From Bugula neritina (Eukaryota > Animalia > Bryozoa), in assembly GCA_964035545.1 (NCBI GenBank), contig OZ037769.1, positions 7,483,929-7,547,928 on the forward strand: DNA of 64,000 nucleotides. The letters are read 5' to 3'. Positions 27,801 through 38,058 of this stretch are shown here, in pieces (within the stretch, counting starts at the first letter, position 1; every line of letters starts with the position of its first letter). The notes under the pieces are model-generated. The model saw only the letters and a list, made by a program, of their open reading frames with translations, searched no databases and had not been told where the DNA came from. Both the position numbers and the translations under genes were made by a program.

Positions 27801-28552
27801 GGGTGGGTCTTTGTGACAGGTCTTTACAAGTTGTTTGCATTAATAAAATTTTTGTAGCAACAACTAGTTTTTAGTACAAAACCTTTTCTTTGAAAATTCA
27901 GGCATCTAAACGATTTAAGCATGTGCAACATATTATGTTACATGTAAATTGTATTTCTTAAACTTTGCTATGATAGTTCTCTATTTTGTTTAGCTGTTTA
28001 TACTCTTTTCAACTATTTTTACCGGACTCTGATTTAACATAACCTATACAGCTACTGGTTTAGTACAGCGATCATTTCAGCTGTTGTCCAGTAAATAATT
28101 GTACATTATGATAGGCTCATGGTTCTGCATTGGGGAGGACATTTGAAAGGCATCCAAATTAAAATTGCTGCTGGGCCACTTTCAGGTCTCTTGTCATGTT
28201 ATCAGCATGATTTAGGGTGAAAGAAATGGATCTAAATTTGATTATATTTTCGGAGGGAGCTGTAATTACAAGCATGGCTTAGTTATAAAAGTTTTCTGTT
28301 TATTTTCAGTTTTAGTCACTTTGTTGGTCCATGTAGTCATGGCATAGTTTATGTGACACTTCTTTTAACTTTGATTTTGACTTATCAGAATCAAACCAAC
28401 AATACAAAGCAATAGTATATCCATGTATGTTTGACAGGAGGAAGTTAAAAGCGAGGCTCGGAGTACCAGCAAAGACTATTATTGGTTATGAACCTCATGA
28501 TGAGGCAATGGCTAGAAAGTCCAGCATGGCAAAGACTAAGTACTCAGTTTGA
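24814..28552 (+). CDS. EIF4E: Eukaryotic translation initiation factor 4E, class I (222 aa, 5 coding exons)
   Basis: Exons 24814-25049, 26166-26229, 27130-27243, 27663-27802, 28438-28552. Motifs HPLQNKWALWYF...W, VEDFWALYNHI, DYSLFKDGIRPAWED, GGRW, LCLIGEAF and DKLAIWT; Trp at the W43 and W56 equivalents indicates class I. AATAAA near 29087. Confidence 0.97.
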
Positions 28553-29211
28553 GATGGTCCCAGAGCTTTGTGCTAGCTCTATAAATCTGCTGTAACATGC
28601 AGCATTAGGCAATCACCTTTAGTTTCTTTTAAAATGTTTCTCTCAGTATTTTCAGTGTCATTGCAATTATAGAATTGTAGTGCATTGCTCATTCACTTGC
28701 TCCTTACCACGCTTTGTCCATCATACTAGCTACATACGTATACGCACAGTTGTCTATAGGTTGCAGCAGTATTATACCAAGTCACGTTCTATCTAATCTC
28801 TCCGCTAAATATTCACCCGGTGCTCAATCTTGCTCCTTGTCTCAGAAACACTGCATTATTTCCTGTGGCATGCATAGTCCTAGTAGGTTTACATTGTATT
28901 ATGTTATATGTTAGTGTGTCTACACCTTTGAAAACATCTCAATACTTAGAATATGTGTCAATTATAATATCGTATATTAACAGCTTCCTTATTTTTCCAT
29001 AAGGCTCGGTTACTGAAATTATCATTTAAGTGTGAAACACCAAGTTTTTAAATTGTGCAGTTTATATTATTTTTGTTAATAGAAAAAATAAAGTAGTATA
29101 AGTATTTAAACTTTGTATTGTTCAAAAAATATTATTTCCCATCTTTCAATTGATTAATATGGTAGATATACCTTTATATGTAAGCTGCAAAAGTTTGCAT
29201 GCAATATCTAA

Positions 29212-29417
29212 CCCCCTATTCACACTTACCATATCGTACGCCTTAACAGCAAATATCAGCCATTTTTACAAATGTCTGAGCTTCCTGTATGGCGTTCAGG
29301 TACGGTAGGATCAAACACTGCTTGATTGTCATAGATCATACCTAATAGCTGACTTTGAAAATTTCAGCCCGGACACATTAAAAATTGCTGATATTTTACG
29401 TTAGTGTGAATGAGGGG
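29212..29417. mobile_element. Small MITE, possibly PIF/Harbinger-like
   Basis: Imperfect TIRs CCCCCTATTCACACT / AGTGTGAATGAGGGG flanked by TAA on both sides. Confidence 0.5.
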
Positions 29418-29714
29418 TAAGAGAGTAGTGATTTTGTTGTTATATTGCAGGCTGCAATAGCTATACATCTTATGTTATAAGTAAATAGTGCTTTGTGTTA
29501 ATTAATACATAAGCAATTCTTTAAATTTGAAAATGCTCTTAGAATGCAGATTCTTTCCAAACATCAATTACAAGCTCTAGTGGGATCAATAACAGTGGTC
29601 ATGATCATAATAATATGACTAACGGTTATTAGCTAAATCTGCTCAAGATCTAAGATGTTTGCAAACAAATATTACGGGCTTGCTATTTTTTGAACAGGAT
29701 AGCAATGTCTATAA

Positions 29715-30129
29715 CAGGGGTGGGCCACCTTGTGCCCACTTTTCAGTGGCCCTTTTAGTGCTTAAGAAGCAGTGGTCTGGAGGCTAGAGTGTTTGCCTAG
29801 TAAGCACAAAGTCATGGGTTCGAGCCTGTTAGAAAGAGTATCCAGTCATAATTGCTCCTGTGCTCCATCTGAATATGTCCTTGGCCCAATTTAACAAAAA
29901 CCCCTTTCATCAAGAGTTTTCTCACAGGGATGGTGACTATAAACTTGCACAAGCTTTTTTAGTGCTTAAGACAAGGAAAAACTGTTATATGCATTCTGAT
30001 TAGCACAGTATAGGTTTGGTGACAAATCACTATATTACAATAAAATTTAATATGTGTACAATCATGTGGCCTCTCGTTTTAGATGACTTCTGAACTTGGC
30101 CTTCATGCAAAAGAAGTTGCCCACCCTTG
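29715..30129. mobile_element. hAT-type MITE carrying a nested SINE
   Basis: TIRs CAGGGGTGGGCCACCT / AGTTGCCCACCCTTG; 8-bp TSD GTCTATAA / GCCTATAA. Confidence 0.75.
29768..29956 (+). mobile_element. tRNA-derived SINE (same family as 12297-12488)
   Basis: TGGTCTGGAGG A box and GGTTCGAGCC B box; shared body GTTAGAAAGAG...TAATTGCTCCTGTGC...CTCACAGGGAT; TSD TTTTAGTGCTTAAGA at 29753-29767 and 29957-29971. Confidence 0.85.
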
Positions 30130-31391
30130 GCCTATAACTATTGTATAAACACTGCTATATTAAGGTTGAGAGTTTTTAATTATTTCTGAGTTCCACTAGT
30201 CATATACAAGTCTAATGTAGCTGGTCACAGTTTGGGGGCTATTGCATAGATATGTGTTGCTTGCTTGGCCGTTGCAGTCTAGGCCGTTGCAGTGTAGGAT
30301 CCTGGGCTGAGCCCTCCCTAACATGTACATTTGTAATTAATCAATTTATTCACAATCTCAATACCTTCACTTTCTTGCTCAAACTATATCCTTGCTTCCT
30401 ATGTGCACTATTTTATTTATCTGTATGCTAAGTTTTTAGTCTATTCTATCAGTCCACTCATAAACCCTTTTATCTCTCTGTGTGCACCCTTCTCTATTCT
30501 ACAGATTCTTCATATATATCATCATATTATTATTTGTATTTAATAGTAGCTAAATTTCTTTAGTTATAGCTGTGCTCTTTTAGCAAAATGGGCCACTAAA
30601 CATTGATAAATTTAAACCGATAATACAATAAAACTTTTAATTTATTTATAATGAAGTATTGAGAGTAAAGTTAACCACTACAACTACGCTCATACACTGA
30701 AAATGTTTAAACCCCATATGTAATTTAGTGCAACAAAATAGTTAACCTATGAACCATAGGCTATAAATTTCAGCGATATTACTTCTGCTGGTAGCAGAGA
30801 TGGTAGATATCTAAAGTGGTGACTTTAAGGCATGAAAAATTATTATGCGAGTTTATATTATAAGTTATAAAGAGAAAATTTTGCCACTTTTGCTGTTTTA
30901 TTATTTATTTTTATTTTATGTGTACATTTTTTTTAGTTTGGTTTATTAGTATAGTTTTTGAACACATTTTTTTATGCATATAAAATTAAAAACAATTTTA
31001 AAACTCACTCATGCACGTAAATACAAAGCTATAAAGTTTAAGTTTTGCTGTACTTACAATGTGAATATGAATAGAATAACGGTTGCAATAGTCATTTTAC
31101 ACAAAATACATTACATGCAATTGCTATAAATATAAGACTAGTGAATTGGATGCAAATAGGCATAGTAATACCACTTAATTTATGCTACTTTTAAAATTTT
31201 TAGTAAATAATTGGCATGTATATTATATAGGCCTATATCCTAACATTTTATCTGAAGATTGTGTATATATATATAATGCACATGAAACTAATAGTAATAA
31301 AATGTTTTAAATCAAATTTTATCGCTCATTACTTTTATTCACTTTGCTCTGCACTCCATTAAGCTCTTTTTAGTGGTAAACTATACATCCT

Positions 31392-31429
<38 letters not shown>

Positions 31430-31430
31430 A

Positions 31431-31478
31431 ATTGCTACTCTGAAGATGGGTACAGTGGTACTTGAAATTTCAGTATAA
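31431..31478 (+). ncRNA. Minimal, probably decayed type I hammerhead ribozyme (Penelope-like style)
   Basis: TACT-CTGAAGA-T-GGGTAC-AGTG-GTACTT-GAAA-TTTC-AGTA: stem I TACT/AGTA, stem II with G-U pairs, palindromic GAAATTTC in place of stem III. AATAAA follows. Confidence 0.55.
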
Positions 31479-31611
31479 TTACTTTACCTAATAAAGTAAT
31501 AAATCAACAATGTTTCTCGTATACTTATTTATATATATATATATATTTAAATATGCTTTAGTAGAAACATAAGTTTCTACTATTGCGAAGGTGTGGGCCA
31601 TGGTACTCTGT

Positions 31612-31658
31612 TCTGTGCTGATGAGGGGACAAACCCCGAAACAGCCGCTGTCCACAGA
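31612..31658 (+). ncRNA. Type I hammerhead ribozyme
   Basis: TCTGTG-CTGATGA-GGGG-ACAAA-CCCC-GAA-ACAG-CCG-CTGT-C^CACAGA: complete catalytic core, three perfectly paired stems, GUC triplet, predicted cleavage after 31652. Confidence 0.85.
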
Positions 31659-31663
31659 TTGAG

Positions 31664-31714
<51 letters not shown>

Positions 31715-32104
31715 GATTTATAGCTTCTGGTATATCTTAATATTTTATATTATATAATATGTAGACTTTTCAATAATTCATATTAAATGCTTAGGTGTTT
31801 TAATTTAATTTATATGTTTATACATGTGTCATGCACTACTTTGCAATAAATGTTTAGAATATGATCTTGTTCACTATAACATGGCACAAGTAGAGACATG
31901 GGGAAGTAAGTGTTGTTATCATATATCATTCCAGGTAGAATGATTTTCTATTCAAGTGGAATTTTAGTGTTTGCACCAATTGAAATATCTATTAGCATTG
32001 TAATATATTATGTATAGCACTGTATTATTTTATTATTGAATTATATATCAAAAAAATAGCTACACACCCATAATAATATTATATAAAAACACAAAGAAAT
32101 TACA

Positions 32105-32728
32105 CTAGTCGGCCTCTGGTGCGCAACAAAACACCCTCTGCAAGAACTTTCTAAATCTTGTCCGTCTGGAATTTCCCTCTCCTGCCACTTTTTCTCCTAC
32201 AACAGAGAGTATTTTGCTTATAGTATATCACATATCATACAGCACAGGTTACAGCATGATGTGACTTGAGAGATCTTCAGAATCCTTAGATGCTACATAG
32301 AGAAGATATAAGTTAACGTATCTATACTCAACACCAACTCACCATTAATATATCCATCAGTGGTGATTTCCTCTGCAGTTTCTATCAATCCACTTTTATT
32401 GACCCTCTTTATAGTATCATTGTTTTCGTTGTCATGCTCAATTTTATCGACTTTTTCTAAACCTTTGATGTCACGATCTGCCTGTTCATTTATAACAAGC
32501 TCATTTTCCTTTACCACCATCTTATCTCCGACCATCTCTCCTCCTTCCTAATTCATCTCTTTATTCTTAACATCCTCACCTTCCTTCACCGCCTTGTCAT
32601 CTCCAGCCATCTTTCCTGCTCTCTACTTGAGCTCTTCTGCCTCAACAGAATCAACTTCCTTCACCACCATCTCATCCTCCTTTACCACATCAATTTCTGC
32701 AACTTTTGCAGATCCATATCCTGTCCAG
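32105..32728 (-). pseudogene. Decayed acidic (E/K/D/V-rich) terminal exon of an unknown gene
   Basis: Acceptor TTTAG|C, then WTGYGSAKVAEIDVVKEDEMVVKE... with in-frame TAG stops, ending ...RRTRFRKFLQRVFCCAPEAD*. Confidence 0.4.
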
Positions 32729-34509
32729 CTAAAATATTTATAGCATTTAATTAGGCTTTGCTCATGTATGCTTAGCTGAAGTTGCAAAGTTACATGATTG
32801 CTTGGTAACTTTTTACAGTGAAATTAAACATACAAAAATAAAGAAGCAAGCAAGAAAGCATCTGTAGGCTATTAGATAAGCTCTATGCTGACGCACATCA
32901 TGGGGTTCATGCCCTAGTCGTTGGTGATGTCAGGAAGAACGTATCATGGTCGTATCTGTTACTGAACTACATTAAAACCCCTCAGTTCATGTTGCCAGCA
33001 TAGTCTGAGGCTTAGCCACTTTCAATTATGAAGGTTTCTCATCATAATGGAAACTTCTAACTTAAAAAAGAGTTTCATTGAAAGATATTCCTCTTACTAT
33101 TAGTAATACTATACACAGTAAATGTAATAAATTGTGAAATACTAAGAAAATAATAACTTGAACTTATAAGCTTCAAAAATTTTAAAAGCCATTTCCTCAA
33201 CGCAGCGCCCTCCCCAGTGTCACCAACAACTATTGTAGTAATTTGGGGGGCGTCTATGAAACAGATGAAGCAATCTGCATGCCTATTACTATTATAATAA
33301 TAAAAGTCTCCTTTGAACTTGCAATGAAAAGTTTCTGTATTGCCTTCTAGATGTGCGTCGGTCGAGCTCCAGTGGTAGACTGACTTAACACTGGAAACTC
33401 GCCAACTTATATACTAGCAAATTTTCCCGCCGCCGAAACTGTCCAATGTTCGGACAGAATCGCGTTTTCGGAACTTCGATACTGCTGAATTTTGACCAAA
33501 CACAAATTATTACGATTATGCAAAAAAGTGGCGCGGGAATACAACTCATAAAAAATAATAATACTAAATAAAGATATCTGTTTATATAACTCGCAATTTT
33601 TCTACACCATTACAATATTCCAACTCAATGCCGTATCTGTCTACTAAAATCAAGTTGCTTTTTAAATAGATATTATTACATGGTCAATAAAACTTATTTA
33701 ATTCAATTATCTTACAAAATACTCATCTTAACTTACAAGTCTACATAGCTCTCTGCTGCGCCAATCCTCTTGATCAAGCAAGAAATGAAAAAGGGCAATA
33801 AAAATACGCATATAGTTTGCAATAAAGGAACGCTGAAATAATAAATATCCCTCAATACCTCCATTTTGTTTAATTTGCGTAATCTATCAAATATGGCAAT
33901 AATTTGATTGTTGAAAAAATATGCAAACCATACAAGGAAATTTAGTGTCCTATTGTTACAATGAACCTCTACACATATTTTCGTATATATTACTATTATT
34001 AATGCAATGATTGTTCCGATTGTTTATGATATTGCATTGTTTTTACCTTAGATGTGTTAATTTAGAAGTTGTGTCCTCTAAAAGCTAATTATATGTTGCC
34101 TAGTACTTATAACTTATTGCTTTGGAATTTTGACTCAAAAAGAGAACTGCATATAATATTTTTATCAGAGCTCTGTCGAATTTACTTTAAAATTTGAGTA
34201 ATTATGGGATAAATGTAAGATTATTTTAACTATAAAATATTATTTTCCAAAACATATATACCAAAAAAATGCATTTAGTTTGCCAACATATTCACTGTTT
34301 ATAAGGTAATTAGTTCAATAAATAATAAATACCATTTCAACGTGACTTTGAAATCTATTATAATTAATTGTAAAAAATTTTTTATGTAAACATGAGCTGT
34401 GCATATATTATAGATTTTACAGTATCATGTAAATTAACTGGTATAACATAATGATATGGGTTTTTTTCTAATTGTAAGACAACATGTTTTAAGGCTGCAC
34501 ATACACATG

Positions 34510-34595
34510 TATATATATACATTATACGTACATATACATACATACACACACGCACACACGCACGCACGCACGCACGCACACACACACGCACGCTG
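34510..34595. repeat. (TACA)/(CA)/(CACG)n microsatellite
   Basis: Directly visible. Confidence 0.85.
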
Positions 34596-34596
34596 A

Positions 34597-36416
34597 CAGG
34601 GATGTAGTGGTACCCATACGGTCCCATACGCCGTATGGCCTAGAAGAAAATAGACTGTTCTAGGCCATACGCCCGTATGGGCATAATTATTTTTGAAAGA
34701 TGATTAGTGCACAGGATAGTTTGGGCATCCTCACTGAGAATATCATAAATTTCGCTCACAATCTAATTTAAGTTCTTGTTATGTTAATGCTATGTGGGTG
34801 GCATGTGTGTTGCCTACTTGTGATTGTTTAGCCTGAGATTAGGCTACACTATGAATAATATGCAGCTATCAACATTCCATCTTCTCATCTCTACGTGTTC
34901 ATTGAAGCGCGAAGTGCTGTGCATTGGTGATTACTAAGGAAACAATATTTTATTTTCAGTGTATAAATCACTAACTTGTAGAAAATCTATGAAGGCTATT
35001 GAAAAGATCAAAAAATTTGCCATGCATAATTTTCTCAGGTTTCCGACAGTGTTTGTTCTATTCGAATACCATGCTTTCCTGCTGAGATATTTGGCAGGGA
35101 TTGAAAAATAAATTTTTCGGCTAAAATTGGCCAAAAATGGGTAGATTTTTGTCTAACTTTGCAAAAAAATATTGAAAACTGGAAAAAGCAGGTGCTCTGA
35201 CGAACAGGAAGATCTTAAACATGGTTTTTAAATTTTAATTCTAGCACAATTAAGTGCATGAGGTTTTATTTTTGCGGGACTGAATTCTTATAATATACCA
35301 ATAATGTGGCCTCAGCAAAGCTGTGACAGCTAGAAGGTTGCCCTTATCTATCTTGTGTAGATTTGCATTTTGTCAATAAGCAATGGAATTTGGAAAAAAC
35401 CAACATGAAATCCAGAAATAAAATCAAAATGTCTTCAAGAAATAGTTATACCAGGTGTGTAGGAGAGGCTAATGAAAATTTATCACTGAGCTCTACAGGT
35501 ACTATATCCACATTTTGGTCAAAAACCTAGCGTTATTGCATGTTAATTATTAATGCAATAAGGTTTTGCAAACTGTACACCACCATAAGTAGCCTTTTAT
35601 GTTTGATTGTACTAACATCTGGCTTTACATTTAATCATCTTTTAGGTTAACACATATTAAACCTGTCATGTTTGTTCTTTTGGGGTATATTTCCTTGATG
35701 TATCTAGTGGAAGCTCAGGGGTTTTATTTTAAAACCAAGTTAACATACTCTTCTTGGGTGTGCTTTATTGTGTGTAAGGAGGTGTGGTGGTATCACCTTA
35801 TGGATTAGACTAGTACTCTAATAAACTCCAAATAGGTTTTCAACCAATTTCTGCTTGCCAATGAGTTATCAATTCAAATTGCTCTTTATAAATAACCAAC
35901 ACACATTTTCTGATTAGCAATCTTCCTCTGTTCTGATCTATTAGTCTTTTTCTGTGCACGGCAGTGTATTAGTTATTTAAAGTAATCAGGTTGCATTTGG
36001 AGAGCACTTGTTACCTGCCTCTATCCTTCCATCTTTTTGAGATATTCAGGAATTTTTCTGTACAGGTTGAACTTAGTGTCAGAACAAACCTAACTGCAGT
36101 TGAGTAAGACTACATTACATTACATTACAGTCAACAGGTATGGGACAAGACTGAATATTTATATAGTTTGCAGCAATGCCCAGTCGTCATGTAGCTGGTA
36201 TGGTATGAAAATAATAGCGAGGTGCACATTTCAACACAGATTTTTTCAGAAGAATTATAATTCACAATGCCTTTAAATTGCATAAATTTGCATCAGAAGC
36301 GCTCTGAGGGCTTCGGTGGCCGGGGCGCTGCCCCAGACCCCGCCGGGGGCCTGGGCGGCCCCCTGGACCCCCCGCCTGAGAGAATGGCCTAGAATATTTT
36401 TGCCACTACATCCCTG
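34597..36416. mobile_element. Non-autonomous hAT-like DNA transposon
   Basis: TIR CAGGGATGTAGTGG / CCACTACATCCCTG; subterminal CCATACG/CGTATGG motifs; GC-rich hairpin-forming block at 36300-36380; no ORF; no matching TSD. Confidence 0.65.
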
Positions 36417-36646
36417 TCTAAGACTATAAGTTCAAACCCTTTCAGTAATAAAAAATCATTAAATAAGTCATTGAGTGCTTTAAATATTTTTGTTTGACTA
36501 TTTGAAAGTTTTTGCAATGTTCTTAAACTTGAAGTATGAAGACATATATTATAAAAAACTATAAATTAAGTTCATGAATTACCACCGTGTCAAGTGCCAG
36601 TAAGATGCGCAAAAGAAAAATCTGTCCACATTGAAAGTGCTATTAA
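36417..36646 (+). repeat. ~230-bp direct duplication; the partner copy is 37191-37370 plus 40235-40289, split by the LTR element
   Basis: TCTAAGACTATAAGTTCAAACCC...CCACCGTGTC|AAGTGCCAG...GTGCTATTAA is present twice. Confidence 0.92.
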
Positions 36647-36710
36647 CATAACAAGAACTTAAACTAGATTGTGAGCGAAATTTATGATATAATATTATAT
36701 TTTGCATATT

Positions 36711-36821
36711 TGCACTGATCATCTTTCAAAAGCATGCCCATACTGGTCTAGAGCAGTCTATTTTCTTCTAGAATCTAGACCATTCGGCGTATGGGATCGT
36801 ATGGGTTCCGCTACATCCCTG
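36711..36821 (-). mobile_element. Inverted, diverged second left end of the same hAT-like family
   Basis: The reverse complement matches 34597-~34715 (CAGGGATGTAGCGGAACCCATACGATCCCATACGCCG...TTTTGAAAGATGATCAGTGCA). Confidence 0.75.
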
Positions 36822-38058
36822 GTCACTGGTGTATCTTTGTATAAATAAATACTTCATCATTCTACTTTAACTTGGCAGTATTATACTTGGCTTAAATAAC
36901 CCTCAATTAGTGAATGCACGAATACACAACAGTATTACTCAGAAATTATTCAAAAAGACTGGTAATGTGATTACTGTAAAAATGAATTTAATAATTATTA
37001 TATAATTATATAAACTTGGCAACTGCACAATTTATTAAATTACTATATTGGCCAACTATCATAATAATTATGCATATGCATGTAGCCCAATGTATTGACA
37101 ATATAAAGCCCAAAGTTATTCAATTCAATTATTAGAAAAATTCTTAGACATTATTATTGTTATCATTTGAACTATTTTTAAAAAGTTTTATCTAAGACTA
37201 TAAGTTCAAACCCTTTTAGTAATAGAAAAATCATTAAATAAGTCATTGAGTGCTTTAAATATTTTTGTTTGACTATTTGAAAGTTTTTGCAATGTTCTTA
37301 AACTTGTCCATTAAATGAAGACATATATTATAAAAAACTATAAATTAAGTTCATGAATTACCACCGTGTCTGTAATATACGGTCCTACTTACTCGACAGT
37401 CTGTGTAAGAGTCCCCTCGTGTAGTCTTTACTTTTACTTTCACTCTCACAATAGCCAATATCCAAGCCGTACAAGCTGGTAGGAAATCCGAATGCTTGTA
37501 AGGCAGTTAGCCAATCACCTCAGGTTAGCTTGTAGCTTATCTGCTAAAGACTATAAACCGCATTATATTCCATGCCCTCCCTTTTATAGAGATGAACCAC
37601 TTAATATTCCATGCTCCCCTTTTGGGGATTTAATAAAAAGCAAAACATGGAGTTGAGTACATAATATTCCATGCTCCCCTTCGAGGAATTTAGTAGTATA
37701 AAGTAATGCATGGAACTGAGTGGTTTGTCGGGCTGAGCAGCAACACCAAAATACCAATTAGCCTGATAACACAAAATACCAACCTCTATGTACCGTACAC
37801 AGTTTGGTTTACCACCAAAGTGGTTCCCAAAATTGCCATCGAAGTGGACTTTAGCCTGACCACCGGAGTGGACAATAACCTGACCACCAGAGTGGTCGTG
37901 AACTTGATCACCGAAGTGATCATCTTTAGCACCACCAGGGTGGGCTAATACTGTGCCACCAAGGTGGACTTCCTGCGCATCCGCTTTACCAGGTGTTTGA
38001 CCTAGGTCGCCCACTGGTAATTTCCCTAGCTATAACTAAGTGCTAGAAATCACTACTG

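Larger units (their letters stand above)
31393..31710. repeat. Three (TA)n/(TG)n microsatellite tracts (31393-31429, 31530-31548, 31667-31710) separating the ribozyme modules
   Basis: Directly visible. Confidence 0.9.

Noticed and set aside
29768-29830. tRNA gene
   Set aside because: The acceptor stem and terminator are not intact; it is a SINE head with body and TSD.
34382-34627. VCVRACVR ORF
   Set aside because: Microsatellite translation.
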